Positions 37,038-49,872 of a stretch of 64,000 nt of DNA are shown piece by piece. How positions within the stretch are numbered: the stretch's first letter is position 1; each line of letters begins with the position of its first letter. The translations under genes were made by a program, and so were the position numbers. Where the stretch lies: contig OX597817.1 of NCBI GenBank assembly GCA_951406725.2, forward strand, positions 89,714,001-89,778,000. Reading direction: 5' to 3'. The notes under the pieces were generated by a model, which ran no database searches, was not told where the DNA came from, and saw nothing but the letters and a program-made list of their open reading frames with translations. Source of the DNA: Octopus vulgaris. Its lineage: Eukaryota.

Positions 37038-37430
37038 TTTTCTACTCTAGGTACAAGGCCCGAAATTTAGGGGGAGGGTGCGAGTCGATTAGATCGACTC
37101 CAGTACGCAACTGGTACTTAACGACTCCGAAAGGATGAAAGGCAAAGTCGACCTCGGCAGAATTTGAACTCAGGATATGAAGACGGACGAAATACCTATT
37201 TCTTTACTACCCACAAGGGGCTAAACATAGAGAGGACAAACAAGGACAGACAAACGGATTAAGTCGATTATATCGACCCCAGTGTGTAACTGGTACTTAT
37301 TTAATCGACCCCGAAAGGATGAAAGGCAAAGTCGACGTCGGCGGAATTTGAACTCAGAACGTAGCGGCAGACGAAATACCGCTAAGAATTTGGCCCAGCG
37401 TGCTAACGTTTCTGCCAGCTCACCGCCTTG
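37038..37430 (-). mobile_element. Dimeric Nin/Deu-domain SINE with TSD
   Basis: Flanked by aatggagtgttaatatt and aatggagagttaatatt. Confidence 0.8.
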
Positions 37431-37457
37431 AATGGAGAGTTAATATTACGAGTTGTT

Positions 37458-38858
37458 AAGGCGGCGAGCTGGCAGAATCGTTAGCACGTCGGACGGAATT
37501 CTTAGCGGTATTTCGTCTGCCGTTACGTTCTGAGTTCAAATTCTGCCGAGGTCGACTTTGCCTTTCATTCTTTCAGGGTCGATAAATTAAGTACCAGTTA
37601 CGCACTGGGGTCAATATAATCGACTTAATCCCTTTGTCTATCCTTGTTTGTCCACTCCATGTTTAGCCCCTTGTGGGTAGTAAAGAAATACGCTACGTTC
37701 TGAGTTCAAATTCCGCCGAGGTCGACTTTGCCTTTCAGCCTTTCGGGGTCAATAAATTAAGTACCTGTTATGCACTGGGGTCGATGTAATCGACTAATCC
37801 CTCTGTCTGTCCTTGTTTGTCCCCTCTATGTCTAGCCTCTTGTGGGCAATAAAGAAATAAGAATCGTTAACACGCCGGGTAAAATGCTTAGTGGCATTTC
37901 ATCCATTTTTACGTTCTGGGTGAAGGTGCATAGCTTAATAGTTAGGGTATTCGGTTCACGATCGTTTGGTCGAAAGTTCGATTCCCGCCGGTGCGTTGTG
38001 TCCTTGAAAAAGACACTTTATTTCAGATTGCTCCAGTTCACTCAGCTGGCAAAAATGAGTTGTATCTGTATTTCAAAGAGCCAGCCTTGTCACATTGTGT
38101 CACGCTGAATCTTCCTGAGAACTACCTTAAGGGTTCGCGTGTCTGCGGAGTGCTCAGCCACTTACACGTTAATTTTATGAGCAGGCCGTTCCGTTGAATG
38201 GATCAACTGGAACTCTCGTCGTCGTAACCGACGGAGCACCAGGTTAGGGGTTACGTTCTGAGTCCAAATTCCATCGAGGTTGACTTTACCTTTCATCCTT
38301 TCAAGATTGATAGATTAAGTACCACTCAAGTACTGGGGTCGACCTAATCAACTTCCCCCTTCCCCAGATGTTACTGGCCTTGTGCCAAAAATTTGAAACC
38401 AATATTATGAGTTGTTAAGGCGGCGAGCTGGCAGAATTGCTAACACACCGGGCGAAATGCTTAATGACATTTCGTCCGTCTTCAAGTTCTGAGTTCAAAT
38501 TCCACGAAGGTCGACTTCGTCTTTTATCCTTTCGGAGTCGATAAAATAAGTACCGGTTGAACACTGAAATCAAGATAATCGACTAATTCCCAGCCCTGAA
38601 ATTGCTGGACTTGTACCAAACTTTGAAATCAATATTACTAGTTGTTGAGGCGGTCAGCTGGTAGAGTTGTTGGCACACCGGGCAAAGTGTTTAGCGGCAT
38701 TTCGTCCGTCTTTACGTTCTGAGCTCAAAAGATTTTCGCCGAAGTTCACTTTGCCATTAATTCTTTCGAGGTCGATAAAATAAGTATCCGTTGAGCACTG
38801 GGGTTCGATGCAATCAACTTATCCCCTCCCCGAAATTGCTGGCCTTGTACCAATATTA
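37458..38858 (+). mobile_element. Head-to-tail array of Nin/Deu-domain SINEs
   Basis: Heads aggcgg(c/t)(g/c)agctgg at ~37459, ~38418 and ~38648, plus internal monomers. Confidence 0.8.
37922..38250 (+). mobile_element. tRNA-derived SINE (second family) nested in a Nin-SINE
   Basis: tRNA-like head (tagcttaatagttagg...gttcgattccc) and core gttgtgtccttgaaaaagacacttta. Flanking duplication ttacgttctg. Confidence 0.7.
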
Positions 38859-38884
38859 AAAGTGGTCGATTGAATTTAAGGTTG

Positions 38885-39745
38885 AAAATGGAAGAGGCTA
38901 TTTGTAAACAAGGGTGTTCTTATTACAAATAAAGGAAGTTTAAATTGAAGGAAAGGTTGAATATAAAGGATACAATGTGTTATGAGATGCCGTTATACGT
39001 GTCGAATTATTAGTGATAACATTGCATTGATTGACTATGTCATTAAGTCTGAAGAGTTGATGAAGTTACAATCAATATTCCTGTATATATTCCAGTAACT
39101 AGTAAAGTCGAGCTTTTTTTGTGGGTATCTGGACGCCAGGTTTTGTGAAAAAATGGTATAATATGATATAATATACTATAATATAATATATTAGTATTTT
39201 GTTAAAATTTCTAAAATATCTGGGATATAAATGAAGTGGTTTCTAAGGAGGTGGAAGACTGGTCCAGCTTTTTTATTAACAACATTTAAGATAAATAATA
39301 AACTGTACTTCATTATATTTCTTGTTCTATTTCTACTGTTAATGAGTGATAGATGCTACGTAGTAAATCACCTCTTCATGACTGCTTCTAGGGCTTCATT
39401 ATAGTATAGCTCATTATAGTATAGTTGTTTCATTAATAATTTGTATTAGCCAAGAAGTTGGAAATTCTATGCGAATTAGTCTTAACTAAATTATCAATTA
39501 TATCTTAGGATTGATTACGGACTAAGTGCATATCGTTTGATGGTTATCTTGTTTATTAAGAGGACTATAAGGTTCAACAGAGTAGTCAAGCGTTAAATCT
39601 TGGAAGTCTACCTTGTGAAAACTGGATTCAACAATGAAAGTAAATATTTGAAGAATACACGTTAGTCCTTTCTGATTTTGACAGTCCTCAATAATTTACA
39701 ATTATTCAACAGCAAGAGGCCATAATCTCAGAATAGGTCTCTTTC
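38885..39745 (-). pseudogene. Highly decayed Penelope-like RT-to-endonuclease relic
   Basis: Manual translation: LF*DYGLLLL (GLYRDDGL-like), KVDFQDLTLD, IIDNLVKTNSHRISN, YYNEALEA, FRNFNKNT, LVYK. Confidence 0.55.
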
Positions 39746-40349
39746 TAAGTGTTAGAATTTAGTGAATATACATTTCCTTCATATACTCTTTTCTATTGAT
39801 ATGCTCCTCCTTTTCTGCTTTCTCCTCTTCCTTCTTCTTCATATTCCTCTCTTTCTTTTCTTCTTTCTACCTCCTGTTTTCATAGTCTTCCTATTCTATC
39901 TCTTCTTTTTTATTCCTCATATGCAATTTACTTACAAGACGGTTGGTAACCTTATTGCTGGTCTAATATCACTAGTTGCAGTGACCAACCAATTTACTTT
40001 TTACGAGATTGGGGAGCGGTAACATAATAGATCATTTGTCAGATTTTCATCATTTTTCTCTCAAGTCCAAACCAGGAAGTATGATGTAGCAGCCATAATG
40101 AATTGTATCATCTTTCCAGCTAATATAAATGTTGTGTTCCTCCTCGTGACTCTTTTTCAAGTCACAAGACCAACCAATTTTTGTATCGTCAAACAAGACT
40201 TTGCAGAGCTAAAAAAGAAGTACTGCAGATCTAGGGTTTTTAAAAATTTTTTACTAGAGGTACACTCAGAGTATCCTGTTTGCCATATTATGTTGGGCAA
40301 ACAAGACTTTGCATGGAAATTCGGAAATTTAAGGAAATTCAAAAGTGGG

Positions 40350-40875
40350 GTATAATAGGTCACTTGCAGCGGAGGAGGGTATAATGGATCACTTAAGACA
40401 TAGCACGCAGAATTCTATAAATAGAAGAAATGAAGAACTAAAGAAGTCTTTCACACTCTACAAATAGGTGGCACTACGTTAAAGTGGTTTATCAGCATTG
40501 TTTCATGTAACTATTGATATTTACACAAAATCAATGGAGCAGTAAGATGATTGCATCGTTATTCCAAGAGGAAAAGAGAGAAAAAATGCACTAAAGAAGC
40601 AACAAAAGTCTAAGAGTGGAAAGGAAAGAAAGTCACTTGCTCCAAAATGTCAGAAAACAGGTGGTACAGAGTATAACAATAGTAATGGTGAGCATGGTAG
40701 TGCAGATGATTCAGAGGAAGAGGATGCTGAGTGTTCCATCTGCAAGAGACTTTGGAGCAGATACAAAAGCGGGGAGAACGAGGTTTGGCTACCGTGTGAC
40801 ATTTATAATGATTTAAGTGTATTCCAAGGGGAACAGATGTTAACCAAGAGTTCTGCGAAAAATGTGCAGCTTAAT
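40350..40875 (+). pseudogene. Deleted pogo-like transposase relic with a C-terminal PHD-type zinc finger
   Basis: DDSEEEDAECSICKRLWSRYKSGENEVWLPCDI...FCEKCAA* after a Lys-rich and acidic linker. Confidence 0.55.
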
Positions 40876-42279
40876 CTGGTCTCCGTGTACCGAATGGAGA
40901 CATTTTCATAGTTGATTTAACCTTACAAGTGACTGTTGTTCTGTAAATATGATTACTGTTGTTTTCTTTATTTTGATGAAGATTGAGTCTTTTTTTTTTT
41001 TACTTCAGATGTCTCACACATACTTCTTTACTGATTGTTTTCAACATTAACCTACTATTTGTTATACTATCATCCAAGTACTGCTCTGAATTTTGCTCCA
41101 TTTGTAGATGATATATTATGCCCAACCAAATATAGAAATTTCAGATTCATTCAAATATGATTATGTATGTATGAAACGCGCATTCAAAATTGCCTCTCAA
41201 TCTTCAGACGTTCTCATCAGAATCATGATGCAATTTTTGAGATTGTAATTCCATGTTAACTAATACATATTGGTTTTTATTTGACATTGTTTTCAAAATT
41301 GGAGAAAATTGACTCAATATTCCACACCCCACCCAGTGTATTTATTACTGCTAAAAGTGGAAGTATTCTTCTCTCGTTTCCTCAACAAATTTATAAACAT
41401 TTAATTATAGGTTTATGCATCTCAATGTTATCTACATTATTTATGACTTTATAGCTACCCTTCCGTATTCCTTAAAAGAATTATATATTTATGTCACTTC
41501 ACTTTACTTACAAAGAAATAAGCTACTAGGTACTGCCCCACCCCCATCAAAACACTATTAGTCACTCACTACCCTTATATACTTTCATCTACTGTTCCCT
41601 ATTTAACTAAATTCTTCTATGTTTGCCTACTGGGTGACAGGTCACGGAACATCTCAAAGCCACGCGACTTGACAACAGGTCGCCTGTCACTACATTTACG
41701 CTCCACTGACCATTCCACCTAACACCTCTCGGTCTTTGGCGTGACTTCTCTCACCCACCGCATAACCTACCACTTTTCTCTCTCCAAACATCCTACCTCA
41801 TTTTCTCTCTCCAAACATATATGCTTTGGGTCTGAATTCTCCACCTCAATTCTTTTAATCTCTTTTTCTCCCAGCCCCACTCCCTCACTTTATTACCTTC
41901 CCTTTACCTTTCTCCTCCCCCTCCTTCGCCTGCTACCGTGCACTCAATTGACACCTATACTCTCCTCTGCTACCCGCATCTCACATCTACACATATACCT
42001 TCAACACACTAACACCGTTTCCACATATACACCCACCGCCTACCCACACAATTACATCTCTCACACCTCATCTCTCCCACCATATTGCATCCTTTACACC
42101 TCACGTACAGAAGCATGTTCACAACATATACATACATACTTATTCCTAATTTCCCATCATCTTTCCCTGACGAATACTCACTAGTATTATCACACATTTT
42201 TTGCATTCACTTACACGCAACAAATACACACATGTACATACGTTCGCACACGCACTCGTTTTCTAATTCACACATGCAC

Positions 42280-42316
<37 letters not shown>

Positions 42317-42997
42317 CACGTACACTCACTCACACACATGTTTTCTCATTCAGTCACGCACCTTCTTCCTACCAGTCAATTACCACTTTGCTACTTTTAA
42401 CCTGCCACCAACTCTTTAACTCGCCAACGATACACACACACACTTCATATTCTTTTCAACTTCTTACTTCCATTTGACTTCCTTCTCCTTCCTAACGGGA
42501 TGTTCCTCCTCTTCTTTTTCCTTCCCTCCGCAAATCTACCATATTTTGCCATGCTACAAGTTCCCACTTAACGCTCTTCAGCTGTTTTTCCCTTGCAATA
42601 TTTGCCTCTAGAATTTTTCATTTTTACCATCTTTGGATTCCTAGGCTCCATCGAATGGTGTAAAAATGTTTTTAAAACACTTTTTTCTTTCTTCTGTTAT
42701 GAACTATCTAAAAACTTCCACAATCGTTAACACCTCATTTGCTTACTTTTCGCTTATAATTCCTACCTTCTAGAACTTTGCACCATTTATGTAATCTCCA
42801 CAGACTTTTCACCATTGTTATATGTATATTTTTTTACATCAATGATTTATTGTATATTATTTTTCACGGATTTCTCTTGTTTTTCACTCCTCCCTGAACA
42901 CGTCTTTCTTTCCGCTTCTTCTTCTTACCGGATTACTTCATCGTTTTTCTTTCTTTTACGCTTAAAAAATATTTTTCCTCCTTTTCTTTCCTTCCTC

Positions 42998-44135
42998 TCG
43001 AATTGTTTCCAAAGGAATTTTTATCCATTCTTCAGCTAAAACAGTCTTCAGCTCTTGTTGTGATGATGGCGGAGGATATCGAATCCTTACTTGTTTTTCT
43101 AAAATGCACCATAAATGTTCAATATCATCGATATCTGGGGACTTTGGTGGCCAGATAAGATGTTCAACTACACTAGAATGTTTCTCGTACAATTCACTAA
43201 CAACTTTAGCTGTGTGAATTGGTGCATTATTATCCTGAAAGATTGCGTTTCCCTTCGGAAACAGTTCCGCAACCATAGGATGAATTTGCTCAGATAAAAT
43301 GCTTAAATAGTCTTGACTATTAATTCTGCCATGAAGGGAAACCCTTGGGTCGGTGGATTTCCAAGATATACCCCCCCCCCCCCCGATCATCACAGATCCT
43401 CCTCCATTTTTAACAGTTGAAAGAAGGCAGTCTGGGTCAAATGCTTCTTTTGGCTACTCCACACGTATTGTCGGCCGGTTGTGGGAAATACGGTAAAGGG
43501 TGACTCGGCCGAGAAAATAACATTCTTCCACTACTCTAGGGACCGATTCAATAGGTTTTTACTCCACTCTAAACGCTTTGCAACGTTTATTTTTGAAAGT
43601 AGTGGTTTTCTGACTGCAGCCCTCCCGTGAAATCCGACTTTGTGCAGCTCCCGGCGAACAGGTTTTGTGGAAACTGGGTTCTTGAGGTGGTCATTAAGCT
43701 CTACAGTAATTCCAGAAGCTGTACTTTTGAGATGCTTTTAACAATTCGCGTAAGAGTCTGAAAGTTTTGGTTTTATACCGGAGTTTTGTTTCGACGAGGA
43801 GGGTTTTTCCTCTTTCTCGAAGACTCTCCATACTTTCGAGACAGTACATCTTGATACACCAAACATTTCGGCTGTTTTCGCTACGCTAGCGCCTGCCATA
43901 CGAGCACCAACAATTTGACCGCTTTGAAAGTCCAATAGATCAATCATTTTAATGAATTTTGATTACCGTTTTCTGATGATATCTGAAAAGAAACAGCAAT
44001 TTTAGCAAAACATATTAAGCAACACAAATAATAAATCAAAAACATAAAAATAAACAAGCTTTTGATGGTTTTATAGACAATTCAAAATTATTATGCTATG
44101 ATGCTAGGTGTTTCCATTATTTTGTCCAGCCCCTG
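42998..44135 (-). mobile_element. 3'-truncated Tc1 (DD34E) transposon
   Basis: ORFs 43738-43947 (GQIVGARMAGASV...GVSRCTVSKV) and 42962-43393 (FQDNNAPIH...WPPKSPDIDDIEHLW). TIR rc TA|caggggctggacaaaataatggaaacac. Confidence 0.9.
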
Positions 44136-44917
44136 TATACATATATATATGTTATGTGTGTATGTATGTATATACATGCATACATATATATATATGTATA
44201 TACATACATACATATATATATATGTATATACATACATACATATATATATATGTATATACATACATATATATATATGTATATACATACATACATATATATA
44301 TATGTATATACATACATACATATATATATATGTATATACATACATACATATATATATGTATATACATACATACATATATATATGTATATACATACATACA
44401 TATATATATGTATATACATACATATATATATGTATATACATACATATATATATATGTATATACATACATATATATATATGTATATACATACATATATATA
44501 TATGTGTGTATATATACATATATATATGTGTATATACATACATATATATATATGTATATACATACATATATATATATATGTATATACATACATATATATA
44601 TATGTATATACATGCATATATATATATGTATATACATACATATATATATATGTATATACATGCATACATATATATGTATATACATGCATACATATATATG
44701 TATATACATGCATACATATATATGTATATACATGCATACATATATATGTATATACATGCATACATATATATGTATATACATGCATACATATATATGTATA
44801 TACATGCATACATATATATGTATATACATGCATACATATATATGTATATACATACATACATATATATGTATATACATACATATATATATGTATATACAGA
44901 CAGACAGACAGATAGAC

Positions 44918-44990
<73 letters not shown>

Positions 44991-45005
44991 TAGATATAGA
45001 TATAT
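44136..45005. repeat. Higher-order (TA/TACA/TATG) minisatellite followed by (GATA)n
   Basis: Units of ~20-26 bp, including a homogeneous 24-bp block (tatacatgcatacatatatatgta) at ~44650-44850. Confidence 0.9.
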
Positions 45006-45204
45006 AGGCTGTGTGGTAAGAAGCTTGGGGTTCGGCAAAAGTAACCGATAGAATAAGTACTAGGCTTACCAAGAATAAGTCCTGGGGTCGATTTGTTCGA
45101 CTAAAAGCAGTGCTCCAGCAGGCCTCAGTCAAATGACTGAAACAAGTAAAAGAATAAAAGAACATACGTACACACACACACACACACATAAATATATATA
45201 TCGC

Positions 45205-45432
45205 TAGATTGTCGGTTCGATTCCTTGACCGGGCGGCGTGTTGTGTTTTTGAGCAAAAGCCTTCATTTGACGTTGCTCAAGGCCCCCTTTCGATCGGGGA
45301 CGGGGGGATGTTATCCTGCTCGCCTAGCCAGCAGTGTGGTGTCATTTGAAGAGGAGAATAAAGCAAAAGCGCATTGTGACCAGCGATGTGTAACAACATC
45401 TGATAGACTGGTCAGTCACGTGATCACGTGAT
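45205..45432 (+). mobile_element. tRNA-derived SINE (third family) ending cacgtgatcacgtgata
   Basis: B-box ggttcgattcc. The 3' end is shared with 53495-53826. Confidence 0.7.
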
Positions 45433-45510
45433 ATGTATATATATATATGTGTGTGTGTGTGTGTGCGCGTGCGTATGTATGTGTGCATGTATGTATGTGC
45501 ACATATACCC

Positions 45511-45946
45511 AGGCGCAGGAGTGGTTGTGAGGTAAGTAGCTTGCTTAGCATCCACATACTTCCGAGTTAAGTCCCACTGCGTGACACCTTGGGCAACTGT
45601 CTTCTACTATAGCTTTGGGCCGACCAAAGCCCTTGTAAATGTATTTTGTGGACGGAAACTGAAAGAAGCCCATCGTTTATATATGTGTGTGTCTGTGTGT
45701 GTGTGTGTGTATGTATTTGTTTCTGTGCGTGTGTGTGTGTGTTTGTGTACGTGTGTGTCTGTTTGTCCCCCACCATCGCTTGACAACCGATTCTGGTGTG
45801 TTTACGCCCTGTAACTCAGCGGTTCGGCAAAAGAGACAGATAGAATAAGTACCAAGATTACAAAGAATAAGTCCGGGGTCGATCAGTTCCACTAAATGCG
45901 GTGCTCCAGTATGGCCGCAGTCGAATAACTGAAACAAGTAAAAGAA
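45511..45946 (+). mobile_element. Full-length CORE-type SINE
   Basis: tRNA-like head, core gacaccttgggcaactgtcttct, internal (TG)n, tail ctgaaacaagtaaaag. Confidence 0.85.
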
Positions 45947-46399
45947 TTCATACATGCATACATGCAAGCATACATACATAGAATAGAATTTAGGTAGACG
46001 CAAAGAAAGAAACAATACACATCAGACACAAGAGTCAAATGTCGACCGGAAAGAGAGAAAAAAAATGAATGAAAAGTTATAATCAAAATGATAGACGCAT
46101 GAAGAAATAGAGCGTAACACTTGTGCGTTTACTAATTAGCTAATTTATAATTACTTCTTATGTATGTATGTATGTTTGTTTATACTTACACACACACATC
46201 CACATACACGCACACATATATGTATGTGCGCGTGTATATGCATATTTACACCCACACACCCACGCCCCATATATATACGTATGAATATATATACATATGA
46301 AGGAATATATATATATACACACATATTTATGTACGTATGTATATATACATAGATAATACATACACACACACACACACATATGTATGTATGTATGTATAC

Positions 46400-46437
<38 letters not shown>

Positions 46438-46734
46438 TCTTAGGGAATAATTAAGTATTCCAGGTTGTCAGGACATTTAGTATTTTACACTTTACTAATG
46501 CAATGTAAACAGTATCATTTATAATATTACAAATTTGGGATTTTACCAATAGAACCGCAATTCCTCTTTCAGGATATCCTTATTGTATGGAATACACATA
46601 GAAAATTGTATCCAATAAAATAATATAAGCATTTAAAAAAACCTACCATAAAATACAATAAAATTATTTAAAAAAATATTTGAAAAATATATATTACTTA
46701 GCTATTATTAGTCAGTGGGGAAAGAAAATATTTT

Positions 46735-46826
46735 TAATCAACGCTACACATGTTTCTGCGCTGGTGGTGTGTTTATCAAGGCTATACCTAATGCATAAAT
46801 CCACCAGTGCGTCCTCAGGTTATTTA
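46735..46826 (-). ncRNA. Minimal type-I hammerhead ribozyme in the PLE terminal repeat
   Basis: Minus strand reads aataac-CTGAGGA-c-gcactggtgg...ccaccagcgc-a-GAAA-catgtg-TA-gcgttgatt. Stem II pairs 9/10 bp. Stem I is imperfect. Confidence 0.65.
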
Positions 46827-47699
46827 TCTTATAGTTATTATTATTAACGGATCAAAATTAAAAATACATATTATAAGTCATATTAAATAGAATTAAGAAT
46901 ATGAATAAAAATATAATAAAAATATATAAATTTCAAATATATTTTTAAAAATTAAAAAAAGTTTAAACGTAGAAAATTTTAAAAAATTAAACACCTAAAA
47001 TTACAATACCGATATATAGAGAGAATGCTAAACCTAAGGAAACCCTCAACGATTATATTATAAACGCATCAAATCCTACAACCTATCTATATAAAAGTTA
47101 CGGGAATCAATAATTTAGTGTAAGAATTACCCCTATCTATACAAGTATAAATTACTATTTTTTATGTCAAACGTAAGTTAATAGTATTTAAAAAGATTAT
47201 TTAGTAAAAACCACTATATACGTTATAAATGTATTGGATAAAACTTGTAAAAAATCTAGTAAAAAAATTAACAAAGGAAGAATACTTATCGACATAATGT
47301 TTACTCCTTTCCTTTCCTGTGTAAATGGCTTCTCCCTCTGTCATGCGCTAAGTATTATGGGAATAACACAAATAAAATAAAATACTCTAAGACTAATAAT
47401 ATTAGAGAAGTTGAATTCAAGGGGAGATAATAACTAGAAATATGTTATACTCTTAAATCTAGCTGTAACTGGATTTTTTATAGTGTTTAAGATTTAGAGA
47501 TTTATGTTAGATTAAATGTGGCCTTTTAAGGTAATATTCTTTAATAAATGCATGGTTCCTGGTATATGAATATCTAATGCTACTATAAAATTTTATTATA
47601 ACTACATTTAACTATCTACCTCATAACTGTTCAAGAGATTACATACTGGGGTGGGGGGGTTAATTTTATATATTTTTCATTTTATTATACGTAAAGTTA

Positions 47700-47990
47700 T
47701 TCTTATGTCAGCATTCTATTCCTCTCTCTTCAATACTGTTCAGTAATACCTCTCTTAACTGGAGTATTTTCATAAACTCTGTTGTGCATAATAAGCACAT
47801 TTTATTACCTATTCTATATGATTTCGCTCTACAAATGATATTCCAATTAAGGGTATATTCTATTTTATTAAATTTCAACTCCCATGTGTATTTACTTAGA
47901 CCTGTCGAATTTATTAATTTGGGATTTTTGAAGGACTGATAATGGTTGGAAAATTCTTCTTTTAATTTCGTTCGCTGTGGATCCTATATA
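47700..47990 (-). pseudogene. Penelope-like (Naiad-type) GIY-YIG endonuclease C-terminal half
   Basis: YIGSTANEIKRRI/NHYQSFKNPKLINSTGLSKYTWELKFNKIEYTLNWNIICRAKSYRIGNKMCLLCTTEFMKIL...LLNSIEERGIEC*H, with one frameshift and one stop. Confidence 0.85.
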
Positions 47991-48197
47991 GCGTTAATTA
48001 AAATATCTTCTTTCCCCACAGACTAATAATAGGTAAGTTATAAATATTTTTCAAATAATTTTATTGTATTTTATAGTAGGTTTTTTAAATGCTTATATTA
48101 TTTTATTGGATATAACTTTCTATGTGTATTCCATACCATAAGGATATCCTGAAATAGAAGTTGCGGTTCTATTGGTAAAATAAATTTGTAATAATAC

Positions 48198-48248
<51 letters not shown>

Positions 48249-49235
48249 TGTGTGTGTGTGTACATACGTGCAGATACCTGTGTATATGTTTAAGTGCTGT
48301 TTAAATATATGTATCCATGTATACGCGAACGCCCATACCAACATGTGTGTGTATGTGGTGTTCGTACGTGTGTGCGTGCCTGCGTGTGTGTGTGTGTGTT
48401 CTTTACAATAAACAAGCGAAAGAAATGCTCAATACATAGTGCAACATATATAGTAGGGGCTTGGTGAAATAAATAGAACAAAGGCCTCGTTACCCTATAA
48501 TATCTGTCTCAGCTCGTTGTATTCGTGTTGTTACGCTTGCGATAATACAGTGGTGCCAAACTGTATCGGTCATTACTTTCTGTGTGGACCAAAATATCGG
48601 TGGTTTGCAGTAGCAAGTTTAAAATATCTGCAACAGCTGGCTGTGTGTGAAAGAGTCTGCTTCTCATGTTGAGTCCTACTGCGTGTCACCTTGGACAAGT
48701 GTCTTCCACTACAGCAGTGGTTCTCATCAAAGGTCCATATCACCTTCGGGAGTCCATATAAGATTTTGTTATTAAAATTTATATGCAATAAAACTGTGTG
48801 CAATACACAAAGTATTTTAACAAGTTTAGCAATGTTTTTTGATAATATTTGATTATAAAAATACAATAGGATTCTTTTTTAAATATCGAATGGCTATGAT
48901 GGTCCACCCAAGTAAAAAGTAATAATAGGAATGAAAGGGTTCCATAGACAGAAAAATGGCGTGTGAGTGGATTCGGTAGAAGCCCGTCGTGTGTCAAGCC
49001 GCGTGTTTGTCTTCGTCTGTCTTGGCCTTCAGCACCACCATCACGGATAGACAACTGGTGTTGATGTGTTTATGTCCCCGTAAATTTAGCGGTTCTACGA
49101 AAGGGACCAACAGAATAAATATCAGACTTTCAAAAAATAAGTAGTTGTGGATTTGTTCGACTAAACTTCTACAAGGAGGTGCCCCAGCATGGCCGCAGTC
49201 TAATGAATGAAATACATCAATGTTAAAGACCTGCG

Positions 49236-49825
49236 GGATCTTTGTGGTTTTCGTCACTGTTTACAATTTTGTTCCAATTGTCTTCAAATTTGGTATATGG
49301 GTTAAGTTTTGTAAACTAATTATGAAAATGAAATTCCCTTTTCCTATAAATCCATAATCAAAAAGTTATTAGCCATTAAAATTTGCAAAATTTGGGTATT
49401 TTAGCCAATCAGAAATAGATATTTAACATATCACCATGGCGAAAATTTCTGTTTCCATAGTAACCAAAGCAAAGAAGCACAACGTGTTGCATAGCTGATT
49501 GCAAAGAACTGTTTCCATAGTAACCAAAGATGTTGCACATGCGCACGAGGAGGAGAAGGAGATACGAGAAAGATAATTTATTTTATAAAATCCAAGTTTA
49601 ATGTTCTGACATGCCGGTGCACTCCTCCTCCCCACTGATGATGGAAGCGGCAGTGAACGTGCTGTTTTCTGATTGGCTAAAACTTTTGAAAATTATCAAA
49701 CTTTGAATACCTGTAACATTTTTGCAAAACAAATTCGGATTCAGCGTCAAGAATTACATCTATAAGATACATTAAGAGACATTTTTAAAGATAATATTAA
49801 ACAGTGACGAAAACCACAAAGGTCC
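49236..49825. mobile_element. Merlin-like MITE, internally deleted relative of 5800-8013 in the opposite orientation
   Basis: TIRs ggatctttgtggttttcgtcactgttta and taaacagtgacgaaaaccacaaaggtcc. Degenerate 8-bp TSD gacctgcg / gttctgcg. Confidence 0.75.
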
Positions 49826-49872
49826 GTTCTGCGTTTTGAAGAGGAACATTCCAGGTCTTAATTCATGAACTT

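Larger units (their letters stand above)
46435..48195 (-). mobile_element. 5'-truncated Penelope-like element with an inverted terminal repeat
   Basis: ~210-bp inverted repeats at ~46525-46746 and ~47989-48192, a GIY-YIG relic at ~47700-47990, and an HHR at 46735-46826. Confidence 0.85.

Noticed and set aside
40720-40875. PHD finger as a host gene exon
   Set aside because: It is frameshifted, has no splice context, and matches the C-terminal finger typical of pogo-like transposases.
44091-45189. Long ORFs of 250-345 aa on both strands
   Set aside because: Translations of TA/TACA/TATG repeats that lack stop codons. Y/I/H/T/M/C/V-only composition in all frames.
47705-47715. In-frame TGA near the end of a Naiad-type GIY-YIG (possible selenocysteine)
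   Set aside because: The TGA replaces the Arg of the conserved C-R-H motif, not a Cys. CGA-to-TGA CpG decay explains it, and the ORF is also frameshifted.
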